Counted from the first letter of the stretch, positions 18,914-29,059 are shown. The stretch: 64,000 bases of DNA from Candidatus Coprovivens sp. (GCA_051892935.1 JBJFGS010000025.1:1-64000); one strand, 5' to 3'. Notes: generated from the sequence alone by a model not told the origin. A program made the numbers and translations.

Positions 18914-19696
18914 ATGAAAAAATTTTTTAATAACATGAAAAAATATTATAAATATGCTATTCGCTCAGCAAAAGCTGAATTAAAAAGTGAAGTAGCGGAT
19001 TCAAGACTGAATTGGTTATGGTGGATCATCGAACCATTAGCTTTCATGCTAATATATACATTTGTATTTGGAGTAATCTTTCCTAATAAAACTTTATATT
19101 TTGCTTCATTTGTAATGGTAGGTCAAGCAGCATGGGATTTCTTTAATAGAATGATCAACGGCAGTGTTAAATTAATTGCCAACAACAGAGATTTAGTAAC
19201 AAAAGTATATATTCCAAAATACATTTTACTATTTGCTAAGTCATTGACATATGTATTCAAAATGTTTATTTCTCTAGGTTTGGCATTCGGCTTAATGATA
19301 TTTCAAGGAGTACCACTAACATGGCATTTACTTCTAATAATACCGGTATTAATAGTTTTATACGTACTATGCTTTGGTATAGGAATGATTTTAATGCATT
19401 TTGGTGTAACTTTAAATGATTTATCAAATTTAACAAACATAGTTCTAAAAATGGTGTTTTACTTATCAGGGATATTCTACAATATTAACGAAAGACTAAA
19501 AGGTAAACTTGGATTCATTCTTCTAAGAGCTAATCCAATAGCATTCATAATGAACGAACTAAGAAAAGTAGCAATATATGGAAAAATGTGTAGCATTGAA
19601 GGACTAATCATATGGTTGGTAATAAGTTTAATACTATGTGCTATAGGAGTACATGTAATACACAAAAACGAAAATAGTTATGCGAAGGTGATATAG
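18914..19696 (+). CDS. tagG: Teichoic acid/polysaccharide export ABC permease (TagG/Wzm)
   Basis: LNWLWWIIEP, FYLSGIFY and NPIAF motifs; multiple TM segments. Confidence 0.85.
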   Translation: MKKFFNNMKKYYKYAIRSAKAELKSEVADSRLNWLWWIIEPLAFMLIYTFVFGVIFPNKTLYFASFVMVGQAAWDFFNRMINGSVKLIANNRDLVTKVYIPKYILLFAKSLTYVFKMFISLGLAFGLMIFQGVPLTWHLLLIIPVLIVLYVLCFGIGMILMHFGVTLNDLSNLTNIVLKMVFYLSGIFYNINERLKGKLGFILLRANPIAFIMNELRKVAIYGKMCSIEGLIIWLVISLILCAIGVHVIHKNENSYAKVI

Positions 19697-19697
19697 T

Positions 19698-20450
19698 ATG
19701 GCAAAACAAGAAAATAAAACAGAAAAAAATATTGCTGTAACAGTAGATAATCTTCATATTACATATCGAGGTCTTAAAAAAACATCAATTAGAGCATCAT
19801 GGAAAAACTTTGGCGGTAAAGTAGAATTATTTCATGCTTTAAAAGGTGTAAGTTTCGAACTAGAAGAAGGAAAAATACTAGGTATCATAGGTAAAAACGG
19901 AGCAGGTAAATCAACAATGCTTCGTGCTATAGCTGGTATATTTTCACCAGATGAAGGTAGTATTGATCTACATGGAAGAAGTATATCTTTACTATCAATC
20001 GGTGTAGGTTTTAACAAAAAACTAACAGGACGAGAAAATATCTATCTATCAGGAATGCTTCTAGGTTTCTCAGAAGAAGAAATTGCTAAAAAAGAAAAAG
20101 AAATAATAGAGTTCGCTGATATCGGAGATTTTATTCATAAACCAGTAAAAACTTATTCATCAGGTATGTACTCAAAACTAGCATTTGCTATTACAGCAAT
20201 CCTAGAAACAGATATCATGTTAATTGATGAAGTACTATCAGTAGGAGATGCTAAATTCAAAGAAAAAAGTTACAATAAAATGAAAGAACTTATTTCAGAT
20301 GATACAAGAACAGTTATCATTGTATCTCATAGTCTTGGAACAATAAAAGAACTATGTGATGAAATACTATGGTTAAACGATGGAGAAGTTGTAATGAAAG
20401 GAACTGCAGAAGAAGTAATTCCTAAATACGAAGAATTTATGAAACAATAG
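19698..20450 (+). CDS. tagH: Teichoic acid export ABC ATPase (TagH/Wzt)
   Basis: GKNGAGKS, YSSGM and IDEVLSVGD motifs. Confidence 0.9.
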   Translation: MAKQENKTEKNIAVTVDNLHITYRGLKKTSIRASWKNFGGKVELFHALKGVSFELEEGKILGIIGKNGAGKSTMLRAIAGIFSPDEGSIDLHGRSISLLSIGVGFNKKLTGRENIYLSGMLLGFSEEEIAKKEKEIIEFADIGDFIHKPVKTYSSGMYSKLAFAITAILETDIMLIDEVLSVGDAKFKEKSYNKMKELISDDTRTVIIVSHSLGTIKELCDEILWLNDGEVVMKGTAEEVIPKYEEFMKQ

Positions 20451-20461
20451 GAGGGTTTAAA

Positions 20462-20986
20462 ATGAAAAAAATAATTACTTATGGAACATTCGATTTACTT
20501 ACACCAGGACATATTGCCTTACTTAAATATGCAAAAAGCTTAGGAGACTATCTAGTTGTAGGTGTATCAACAGATGAATTTAATGCTATAAAACATAAAC
20601 ATTCCTACTTAAACTACGAAGAAAGAAGAATCATAATGGAAGCAATCCGTTATGTAGATGAAGTAATACCAGAAGAAAACTGGGAACAAAAAGTTGGTGA
20701 TATTGAAAAATACGGAATAGATACACTAGTTATGGGAAGTGACTGGGCAGGTAGTGATAAATTTAAATATCTAGAAGACTATTGTAACGTAGTATTTTTT
20801 CAAAGAGTTAGTGATTTTTCATCAACAAACTTCAGAAACTTTGTAGCAGAACATAAAGATGATGTAGTACTAGGTGAAGAAGATATAGTAGGAGTATATG
20901 CAGAAGGATTTAACGAAGATACTAAAGATTTAAAAACTTCAAAAGACGCATTAAAAAATAGTAAGAAAAAAAATAAAAACCAATAA
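20462..20986 (+). CDS. tagD: Glycerol-3-phosphate cytidylyltransferase
   Basis: ITYGTFDLL, GVSTDEFN, YVDEVIPEENWEQK and MGSDW motifs. Confidence 0.9.
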   Translation: MKKIITYGTFDLLTPGHIALLKYAKSLGDYLVVGVSTDEFNAIKHKHSYLNYEERRIIMEAIRYVDEVIPEENWEQKVGDIEKYGIDTLVMGSDWAGSDKFKYLEDYCNVVFFQRVSDFSSTNFRNFVAEHKDDVVLGEEDIVGVYAEGFNEDTKDLKTSKDALKNSKKKNKNQ

Positions 20987-21029
20987 TATAACTGCCAAAT
21001 TATTGGCAGTTTTTTAAAGGAGTCTACAT

Positions 21030-22211
21030 ATGAAAATAATACTAAGTATAATAAAAATATATTTAAAAATTATATATGCAATAATTAAACTATTTACAAA
21101 AAAGAAAAATCAAGTTTTTTTTATAAGCAGACAAACTAATAAACCTTCATTAAATTATGAAATATTAATTAATTATATAAAAGAACACGATAAAAATATA
21201 ACTATCAAAGTAAGTTGTCAAAGAGTAGCAGAAGGATTAAACAAGGTAATCCATTCAAACAAGAAAAACTTTCTAAAACAAATACCATTGCTATTTAAAG
21301 AATTATGGGATTGTTTCAAATATTTCTTGTTATTACATAAACAAATGTATTATATAGCAACATCAAAAGTAGTAATAACTGATGGTTATAATTTAATTAT
21401 AAGTTGCTTAAAACACAAAAAGAATACTTGTATAATCCAAATGTGGCATGCACTAGCAGCAATAAAAAAATTTGGCTATCAATCCATTGGTTTAGCCGAC
21501 GGAATGAATCCTAAAACAGCTAAAATACTAAATATGCACGCCAACTACGACTATATTCTTTCTGGTTCTGATGCAATGAATAAACCATTTAGTGAAGCGT
21601 TTAACACCGACATAAAAAAAGTATTGTCAATCGGAACACCATATATCGATTATCTACTTAACTTAAAAGTTAACAAAAAAGAACTATTAAAAGATTATCC
21701 AGAATTACTAAAAAAAACAATCATATTGTATTCACCAACATTTAGAAGAAATGGTCGAGACTCAATAAAAGAAGTAATAGACAATGTTGATACAAAAAAA
21801 TATAACTTAATAATTACACTACATGATTTAGATGCTCCTAAAGCCGAAAAATATAAAAAAGATGGTGTTTTAGTAAATCCTAAAATTCACTTTCCATCCT
21901 TATTAAAAATAGCAGATTATGTAATAACTGATTACTCAGCATTAATGATTGAAGCAGCAATAGTAAAAACAAACATTCTTTTATATGTATATGACTATGA
22001 ACAATACGAAAAAGAAAATGGATTAAATGTAAATCTATTCAAAGAACTTCCCGGATATACATCTAAAGACATAAAAGACCTAATAAAAATAATTGAAACA
22101 AACTCATATAATAAGAAAATCTTATTAAACTTTAGAGAAAGGTTCATAACAAACCTAACAAAAGATAGTACAGAAAAAATATATAAACTAATTAAAGGAG
22201 AATTAAAATGA
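21030..22211 (+). CDS. CDP-glycerol glycerophosphotransferase family protein (TagB-like)
   Basis: IIQMWHALAAIKKFG, YSPTFR and ITDYS motifs. Confidence 0.85.
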   Translation: MKIILSIIKIYLKIIYAIIKLFTKKKNQVFFISRQTNKPSLNYEILINYIKEHDKNITIKVSCQRVAEGLNKVIHSNKKNFLKQIPLLFKELWDCFKYFLLLHKQMYYIATSKVVITDGYNLIISCLKHKKNTCIIQMWHALAAIKKFGYQSIGLADGMNPKTAKILNMHANYDYILSGSDAMNKPFSEAFNTDIKKVLSIGTPYIDYLLNLKVNKKELLKDYPELLKKTIILYSPTFRRNGRDSIKEVIDNVDTKKYNLIITLHDLDAPKAEKYKKDGVLVNPKIHFPSLLKIADYVITDYSALMIEAAIVKTNILLYVYDYEQYEKENGLNVNLFKELPGYTSKDIKDLIKIIETNSYNKKILLNFRERFITNLTKDSTEKIYKLIKGELK

Positions 22212-23470
22212 TTAAAAAAATAAAAAAAGTTTTAATTGACTTAGCAAAGAAAAATGTATTCTTAAGAAAAGTACTAAGAAAAGTAAAAAATATTACTGGA
22301 GATATTTCATATAAAAAATATTATAAAAAATATAAAGTAGATGATAAAACTATTTTATTTGAAACATTTAATGGTAGAACATATGGATGTAGTCCTAAAG
22401 CAATCTACGAAAAAATGACGAAAATGAAAGAATTCAAAGATTATACATTTGTCTGGTCATTTGTAGATCCCGAAAAACATGAGGTTAAAGAAAATAAAAA
22501 TTTAATAATTGTTAAACATGGTTCACCTGATTATTACAAGTACTTTTCAATTGCAAAATATTGGATAGTAAATTCAATAGTAGAAGAAAGCATTGAAAAG
22601 AAAGAAGAACAAGTATATGTTCAATGCTGGCATGGTACACCTCTTAAAAGATTAAGATGTGATATTGAAGTCGATGGTGCAGTTTTAAATACAATAGAAG
22701 AAATAAGAAAAAGAAATGATATCGATGCTAAAAGATTTGATTACTTTATTTCTCCATCTAAATTCTGTACTGAAAAATTTACATCAGCATTTAATTTAAA
22801 AAATCTAGGCAAAGAAAATATTATAATAGAAGAAGGATATCCAAGAAATGATTCATTATTTCATTATACAGAAAAAGATATCAAAAAAATTAAGAAAAAA
22901 TGGAATATTCCAGAAGACAAAAAAGTAATCTTTTACTTACCAACATTCAGAGATAATCAACATGAATCAGGAGTAGGATACACCTACAATCTAGGCATAG
23001 ATTTCGATTCATTAAAAGAAAAATTCCAAGATGAATATGTAATTCTATTCAGTCCTCATTACTTTGTTGCTAAACAGGTAGATGTAAGCAAATACGAAGG
23101 ATTTGTAATAAACGTAACAGAAAACGATGACATTAACGATATGTATATCGTTAGTGACATAATTATGACAGATTATTCTAGTGTATTCTTCGATTTTGCA
23201 AACCTAAAAAGACCAATGCTATTCTACATGTACGATCTAGATATCTATAAAGGAAAACTAAGGGATTTCTATCTAGATTTAGATGAATTACCTGGTCCTA
23301 TCGCCGAAACACAAGAAGAACTAGAAAAGAATTTAAAAAATATTGATAAAGAATTTCAAAATAATAAAACAAAATACGAAAAATTCAATAAAAAATTTAA
23401 TTATCTAGATGATGGTGCTGCATCAAAAAGAGTAATAAACGTTATATTTAATCTAAAAGAAGACAAATAA
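22208..23470 (+). CDS. tagF: CDP-glycerol:poly(glycerophosphate) glycerophosphotransferase (TagF family)
   Basis: QCWHGTPLK, GYPRND, PTFRD and TDYSSVFFDF motifs. Confidence 0.9.
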   Translation: MIKKIKKVLIDLAKKNVFLRKVLRKVKNITGDISYKKYYKKYKVDDKTILFETFNGRTYGCSPKAIYEKMTKMKEFKDYTFVWSFVDPEKHEVKENKNLIIVKHGSPDYYKYFSIAKYWIVNSIVEESIEKKEEQVYVQCWHGTPLKRLRCDIEVDGAVLNTIEEIRKRNDIDAKRFDYFISPSKFCTEKFTSAFNLKNLGKENIIIEEGYPRNDSLFHYTEKDIKKIKKKWNIPEDKKVIFYLPTFRDNQHESGVGYTYNLGIDFDSLKEKFQDEYVILFSPHYFVAKQVDVSKYEGFVINVTENDDINDMYIVSDIIMTDYSSVFFDFANLKRPMLFYMYDLDIYKGKLRDFYLDLDELPGPIAETQEELEKNLKNIDKEFQNNKTKYEKFNKKFNYLDDGAASKRVINVIFNLKEDK

Positions 23471-23507
23471 AATTGTCTTTTTTTATTGAAAATCTTAAAA
23501 AATAAAA

Positions 23508-23533
23508 AGGATACTAAAAGACTTATAGAGAAT
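23508..23533 (+). promoter_or_regulatory. Putative sigma-H-type promoter of the Rpn gene
   Basis: AGGA-N18-GAAT upstream of the SD. Confidence 0.45.
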
Positions 23534-23557
23534 ATATAGGGTGAAGGGAGAAATTTT

Positions 23558-24400
23558 ATGAAAGAAAAAGAAAACATCTTCATATCACCAATGCAAGATA
23601 TGATATTCAAAACACTATGGACGAAAGGAAAAGAAGAAACAAAAGAATACTTAAATAGAATAATAGAATACGTAATAGGATTTCCTATAAAAGACTTTGA
23701 TATTACATCAAACGAATTCCCAATTAATTCAGATAAAAGTATTGCCAATAAAGTAGATATCTTATTAGAATCAAAAGACAAACTACATAAAGTAAATATC
23801 GAACTAAATCCAATTAGTAAAAAAATAACATCTAATAAAAATATAAGCTATTTATTTAAAATAGCAGGAGAATTCTATTCTAATATGCATAAAAATAAAT
23901 ACATAAGTGATATCCATGTCGAACAAGTTAACTTAAATGGTTTTTATCATGATATAAAAGACATAGCAATAGCTGATTATAAATTATATGATATAAAAAA
24001 CAAACTAGAGAATAAAAGTATAAGAATACATAATATTTATTTACCAAAAATGAAAGAAATGTGTTATGATAACAATGAAATATACTTAGATTTTGCAATG
24101 TTTATGTGTAACAGCTTTGAAGAAATGAAAAAGTATATTTGTGGTAATAAGGAAAGGAAAAGTGTTATGGATGATTTAAAAAATTTTGTCTTAAATGAAA
24201 ACCTTCCAACATATGACTACGGAGAATACATTGAAGCATTACACAAAGAAGTAGCTGAAGAAGCAAGAGCAGAAGGACTTGCAGAAGGCAAAAAGCAAGC
24301 AATGCTAGAAATGATAAAAAAATTAAAAAAAATCGGCATTGCAATAGAAGATATTTCAAAAACAAGTGGACTATCAATAGAAGAAATAGAAAAATTATAA
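23558..24400 (+). CDS. Rpn family PD-(D/E)XK nuclease (putative transposase-like)
   Basis: SPMQDMIFK, VDILL..VNIELN and the C-terminal EGLAEG..I....GLSIEEIEKL tail. Confidence 0.85.
   Translation: MKEKENIFISPMQDMIFKTLWTKGKEETKEYLNRIIEYVIGFPIKDFDITSNEFPINSDKSIANKVDILLESKDKLHKVNIELNPISKKITSNKNISYLFKIAGEFYSNMHKNKYISDIHVEQVNLNGFYHDIKDIAIADYKLYDIKNKLENKSIRIHNIYLPKMKEMCYDNNEIYLDFAMFMCNSFEEMKKYICGNKERKSVMDDLKNFVLNENLPTYDYGEYIEALHKEVAEEARAEGLAEGKKQAMLEMIKKLKKIGIAIEDISKTSGLSIEEIEKL
24167..24400 (+). CDS. Putative intragenic small protein (RpnS-type antitoxin, 77 aa), in frame inside the Rpn gene
   Basis: In-frame ATG (Met204) after AAGGAAAGGA, with an internal TTACCA-N18-TATGAT promoter (extended TG) at 24041-24070. 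Confidence 0.55.
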   Translation: MDDLKNFVLNENLPTYDYGEYIEALHKEVAEEARAEGLAEGKKQAMLEMIKKLKKIGIAIEDISKTSGLSIEEIEKL

Positions 24401-24474
24401 AGGAGCAAAAGCTTCTTTTTCTTATTCTAAAAATAAAATTCTAATAATAAACATATACTTATATAGGTGATTAT

Positions 24475-24717
24475 ATGTTATTACAAAATATTCAAACATT
24501 CTTAAGAAACAATTCATATAACATAAATATAAGTAAAAATAATTTATATATAAATAATTACAATAAAATAGATAATATATCAGAAAACAATATATCAATA
24601 ATTGTAGATAATAAAAAAATATATATAAAAGGTAATAACTTAAAAATAATAAAAATGCTAGATAAAGAAATCTTATTTAATGGCCAAATAGAAAGCATAG
24701 AAATAATATCTATATAA
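24475..24717 (+). CDS. yqfC: YabP/YqfC family sporulation protein
   Basis: LYINNY..I..I....I...IKGNNLKI..M..KEILFNGQI..I pattern; upstream of yqfD. Confidence 0.8.
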   Translation: MLLQNIQTFLRNNSYNINISKNNLYINNYNKIDNISENNISIIVDNKKIYIKGNNLKIIKMLDKEILFNGQIESIEIISI

Positions 24718-25824
24718 ATGATAGAAATAACTATTATAACAAGATCACCTTATAAAGCCATTAAATACTTAAATAAGCTTAATATAGATTTATACAATAT
24801 AAAATACAATAACGATTCTATAACCATTCTAATAAGCCAAAAAGACCTAAATAAAGTAAACAAAATATATAAATATAAAATAAATAAAATATATGGTAAA
24901 AAAGAAATAATAAACTACACTAAACAAAATAAAATATCTATAATATATCTATTATCATTCATTATCTTAGTATTCTTATTTACTAGAATAATTATAGATA
25001 TAGATATAATAAGTGAAAACAAAACACTCTCATCTCTAATAATGAATGAATTAGAAAAAAATAACATTCATAAATATTCATTCATCAAAAGCGAAGATGA
25101 ATTAAGTAAAATAAAAGAAACTATTATAAATAATAATAAAGAATATCTAGAATGGATAAACATCGAAAGACAAGGTATGAAATATATCATAAACTTAGAA
25201 CCAAAAGTAGAAAAAAATAAGCAAGAAGAGCTTCCATATTGTAATATTATATCTTCCAAAAATGCCACAGTAACAAGAATAATAACTCATAAAGGAGAAG
25301 AATTAGTATCAGTAAATGACTCCATAAAAAAAGGAGATATTCTTATATCAGGAGATATAAAATATAACGAAGAAATAAAAAAACAAGTCTGTGCAAGTGG
25401 CATAGTATATGGTACAACTTGGTATACTATTAATATAGAAATACCACTTAATCACGAAATAATTACTAAGTTAAATAAAAAAAGATATAACTTATTAGTA
25501 GAATATAACAATAAAAAAAATAAAATATTTAAACCAAGAATAAAAAACTATATCGAAGAAAATAATAAAATAATAAATATATTTGGTATAGAATTATATC
25601 TCCAAAAAGAAATTGAAGTAACAAAAGAAATTCTTCCTTATACTGAAGAAGAAATATCTAAATTAATAGAAAACAAGATAAATACAACAATGTCGCACAC
25701 TTTAAACGGAGAAGCTAAAATAATAGATAGAAAAGTTTTGAAAAAACAAGTAAATAATAGTACAATAGAATTAGAAATATTCATAATAGCAGAAGAACAG
25801 ATAAGTATAACTAATTCTGAATAA
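24718..25824 (+). CDS. yqfD: Sporulation protein YqfD (SpoIV family)
   Basis: EWINIERQG, KKGDILISG and ASGIVYGTTWY motifs. Confidence 0.88.
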   Translation: MIEITIITRSPYKAIKYLNKLNIDLYNIKYNNDSITILISQKDLNKVNKIYKYKINKIYGKKEIINYTKQNKISIIYLLSFIILVFLFTRIIIDIDIISENKTLSSLIMNELEKNNIHKYSFIKSEDELSKIKETIINNNKEYLEWINIERQGMKYIINLEPKVEKNKQEELPYCNIISSKNATVTRIITHKGEELVSVNDSIKKGDILISGDIKYNEEIKKQVCASGIVYGTTWYTINIEIPLNHEIITKLNKKRYNLLVEYNNKKNKIFKPRIKNYIEENNKIINIFGIELYLQKEIEVTKEILPYTEEEISKLIENKINTTMSHTLNGEAKIIDRKVLKKQVNNSTIELEIFIIAEEQISITNSE

Positions 25825-25836
25825 GGAAGTGATATA

Positions 25837-26463
25837 ATGGAAAATCTAACCCCATTTTATAAAACACTCTATAATACTTTAAATAACACATGGCCAATGC
25901 TAACATTATTTATAGCAATTATGATTATTTTAAAGTTAGCAAGAGTATTTATAAACAATGATAAGTTTATCTTCTATAAAGAATTCTATAACTTATTATT
26001 TATTATATATGTTTTATTGTTATATTATTTATTATTAAGTACTGAAAACGCATCAAGTGGTATGAACTTCATACCATTTAAAGAAATAACTAGATATAAT
26101 ATTGGTTCTAAATCATTTTTTTATAATGTAATAGGTAATATAGTATTATTTATTCCATTTGGATACTTTGTATCAGATTATCTAAAAGCTAAAAAGACTT
26201 CTCAAATATTAGTAGTTTCTACATTAATAAGTTTGACAGCAGAACTAATTCAGTATAAAATAGGACGTGCATTTGATATAGATGACATAATCTTAAATGT
26301 CTTAGGAGCCATTCTAGGATTTATGTGTTATATAAGTATCAGAGCAATAAAAAATCATTTACCAAGTATCTTAAAAAGTAACTGGTTTTATAATTTACTA
26401 GCTATCATAGTAATTATAATTATAATAATATTATTTGGTAACATATGGGGGTTTAGTTTTTAA
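25837..26463 (+). CDS. VanZ family membrane protein
   Basis: NFIPFKEI, GNIVLFIPFG, ELIQ and RAFDIDDIILN motifs. Confidence 0.88.
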   Translation: MENLTPFYKTLYNTLNNTWPMLTLFIAIMIILKLARVFINNDKFIFYKEFYNLLFIIYVLLLYYLLLSTENASSGMNFIPFKEITRYNIGSKSFFYNVIGNIVLFIPFGYFVSDYLKAKKTSQILVVSTLISLTAELIQYKIGRAFDIDDIILNVLGAILGFMCYISIRAIKNHLPSILKSNWFYNLLAIIVIIIIIILFGNIWGFSF

Positions 26464-26903
26464 TGAATAATTATACAATAGTTGATAACAATTTATATAA
26501 TAATTATGATTATTTATACGAAGTATTAGATGCAACGCTAGAACATGAAAAAGTTAAAAACGCTATTTTTTCAGTAGTTTTTGTTGAAGATGAAGAAATA
26601 CACAAAATGAACAAAGAATATAGAGGAGTAGATCGTATTACAGATGTTATATCTTTTGCCTTAGAAGATAATAAAGATATAGAATATGATGAAATACGTG
26701 TCTTAGGAGATATCTTTATTTGTATTCCCCAAATGAAAAGACAAGCAATAGAATATGGTCATAGCGAAAAAAGAGAATTAGCATTCCTAACTGTCCATGG
26801 GATACTTCATTTATTAGGTTACGATCATATGAATGAAGAAGATGAAAAAAGAATGTTCGCATTACAGGAGTTGATTTTAGATGGCAAAAATATCAAGAGA
26901 TGA
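26463..26903 (+). CDS. ybeY: rRNA maturation endoribonuclease YbeY
   Basis: TDVISF, LGDIFI and HGILHLLGYDH motifs. Confidence 0.97.
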   Translation: MNNYTIVDNNLYNNYDYLYEVLDATLEHEKVKNAIFSVVFVEDEEIHKMNKEYRGVDRITDVISFALEDNKDIEYDEIRVLGDIFICIPQMKRQAIEYGHSEKRELAFLTVHGILHLLGYDHMNEEDEKRMFALQELILDGKNIKR

Positions 26904-27282
26904 AATAAAAAAAAGAGGTTTTGGGCGATTTTTTAAAAGTTTTACATATTCTATAGAAGGATTAAAATATGCTTATAAATATGAACAAAGTATGATGATT
27001 CACGTTATAGCAACAATTCTAGTAATAGGAGCAAATATATTATTCCAAGTAACAGGAATAGAATGGTTAATTACCATAATAGCAATAGGCATGGTATTAT
27101 CAGCAGAACTAATAAATACAGCAATTGAAGCTGTAGTAGATTTAGTTACATTAGAAATTCATCCATTAGCTAAAATAGCCAAAGATTGTGGTAGTGCAGC
27201 AACATTTGTTTTAGCAATGATGGCTGCAGTAATTGGTTGTGTTATTTATATACCTTATATTATAGGAGTTCTAGGATTATAA
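26881..27282 (+). CDS. dgkA: Diacylglycerol/undecaprenol kinase
   Basis: ELINTAIEAVVDL..AKIAKD motif. Confidence 0.93.
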   Translation: MAKISRDEIKKRGFGRFFKSFTYSIEGLKYAYKYEQSMMIHVIATILVIGANILFQVTGIEWLITIIAIGMVLSAELINTAIEAVVDLVTLEIHPLAKIAKDCGSAATFVLAMMAAVIGCVIYIPYIIGVLGL

Positions 27283-28175
27283 TGAAAAGTGGATTTGTAA
27301 GTCTAATAGGACGTCCTAACGTAGGGAAATCAACATTATTAAACACACTAATTAATCAAAAAATAGCTATAACAAGTAATAAACCACAAACAACTAGAAA
27401 TATTATCCAAGGTATATATAATGATGATGGATATCAAATAGTATTTGTTGATACTCCAGGAATTCACAAACCATTAAACAGACTAGGGAAAGTTTTAAAC
27501 AAAGAAGCTCAATCTTTAACAAAAGATGTAGATTTAGTTTTATTTGTAGTAGATGCCAAAGAAGGCCTAGGTACAGGAGATAAAAAAATAATCAATTCAT
27601 TTATTGGTACCAATTCACCAATTATTTTAGTACTAAATAAAATAGATAAAATGAATGAAGAAGAAATATTTAAAGCAATAAATGAATATAAAGATTTATA
27701 TGACTTTGCTGAAATAGTCCCTACATCAGCTTTATCAAAAAGTAATGTAGATAGACTTTTAACAATAATAAAAAAATATATGACAGACAACATGAGATAT
27801 TTTGATGATGACATGATTACAACAAGTACTATAAACTTTTTAGTAAGTGAATTCGTTCGCGAAAAAATATTCCGTATGACCGAAGAAGAAATTCCCCATA
27901 GTATAACTTGTATTACTTCAAAATTTGAAGAAAAGAAAAATGTCGTTGATATAACAGTAGACATTATAGTAGATCGAGATTCGATAAAAAAGATTGTAAT
28001 AGGTAAACAAGGTTCTTTACTTAAAGCTGTAGGAATCGAGGCACGCCAAGATATAGAAAACCTTCTAGGTAAAAAAGTATACCTAGAATTATACGTAAAA
28101 ACAATAAAAAACTGGCGTGATCGCGAAAAATATTTAAACGAACTAGGATTTAACGAAAAAGATTATATAAGTTAA
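27282..28175 (+). CDS. era: GTPase Era
   Basis: Start MKSGFVSLIGRPNVGKST; PQTTR, DTPG, NKID and KH-domain VIGKQG motifs. Confidence 0.98.
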   Translation: MKSGFVSLIGRPNVGKSTLLNTLINQKIAITSNKPQTTRNIIQGIYNDDGYQIVFVDTPGIHKPLNRLGKVLNKEAQSLTKDVDLVLFVVDAKEGLGTGDKKIINSFIGTNSPIILVLNKIDKMNEEEIFKAINEYKDLYDFAEIVPTSALSKSNVDRLLTIIKKYMTDNMRYFDDDMITTSTINFLVSEFVREKIFRMTEEEIPHSITCITSKFEEKKNVVDITVDIIVDRDSIKKIVIGKQGSLLKAVGIEARQDIENLLGKKVYLELYVKTIKNWRDREKYLNELGFNEKDYIS

Positions 28176-28231
28176 TGAATAAAAAATAATAAAAGAACCC
28201 ATTATATATTTAGAAAGGATGGGTTCTTTTT

Positions 28232-28312
28232 ATGAATAAAGAAGAAGCATGGGAACTTTTTAAAAAAACAGGTAAAATAGAATACTATTTAAAATATAAA
28301 GGTATCAAATAG
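28232..28312 (+). CDS. yqzL: YqzL-like small protein (26 aa)
   Basis: SD GAAAGGA. MNKEEAWELFKKTGKIEYYLKYKGIK carries the W..F..TG.I..YL motif, between era and recO as in Bacillus. Confidence 0.75.
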   Translation: MNKEEAWELFKKTGKIEYYLKYKGIK

Positions 28313-28324
28313 AAGTGATGTAAA

Positions 28325-29059
28325 ATGATAAGTAAATATGAAGGTATTATAATAACAGAAACTCCATATGGAGATAATTCAAAAATAATTAATGTCTTAA
28401 CTAAAGAAAAAGGTATAATAGGAATAATGTGTAGTAACGTAAAAAGTATTAAAAATCCTCTTCGTACTAAAACTCTCAAATTTACATACGGATACTTTCA
28501 TATAAACTATAACGAAACAAAACTATCTAAATTAGTAGATGTTGATATAATAGATAATCTAACAAATATAAAAAATGACATTGAATTAATAAGTTATATG
28601 TCATATATAACAGATTTAACATATCAAGTTGTAAAACAAAATAATGACTTAGAAATATTTAATATATTTATTAGCGCAGTCTTAAAACTTAACGAAAAGA
28701 AAAACCCCCTTATTTTAACAAATATTCTCGAATTAAAATATCTTGATTATTTAGGAGTAGGTCTTAATCTAGATTCATGTATAAGATGCGGTAGTAAAAA
28801 AAATATTGTAACACTAGATCCTGATGAAGGTGGCTATATATGTCAAAACTGTTATACTAATGAACATCTTCTTAATCCCAAAAGTATAAAATTAATAAGA
28901 ATGTACTATTTAATAGATATAAACTCCATATCAGAAATAAAAATAAGTAATGATATAGCAAGAGAAATAAATTACTTTCTAGATAAATATTACGAAAGAT
29001 ATACTGGCCTATACTTAAAAAGTAAAGATTTCTTAAAAAGAATAAACTCAATAACCTAA
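28325..29059 (+). CDS. recO: DNA repair protein RecO
   Basis: EGIII.ETPYGDNSKII and CxxC..CxxC zinc site; era-recO-gly order. Confidence 0.93.
   Translation: MISKYEGIIITETPYGDNSKIINVLTKEKGIIGIMCSNVKSIKNPLRTKTLKFTYGYFHINYNETKLSKLVDVDIIDNLTNIKNDIELISYMSYITDLTYQVVKQNNDLEIFNIFISAVLKLNEKKNPLILTNILELKYLDYLGVGLNLDSCIRCGSKKNIVTLDPDEGGYICQNCYTNEHLLNPKSIKLIRMYYLIDINSISEIKISNDIAREINYFLDKYYERYTGLYLKSKDFLKRINSIT

Noticed and set aside
23558-24400. Rpn gene as an IS element
   Set aside because: No terminal inverted repeats or target duplication seen; the family is better supported as nucleases than as transposases.
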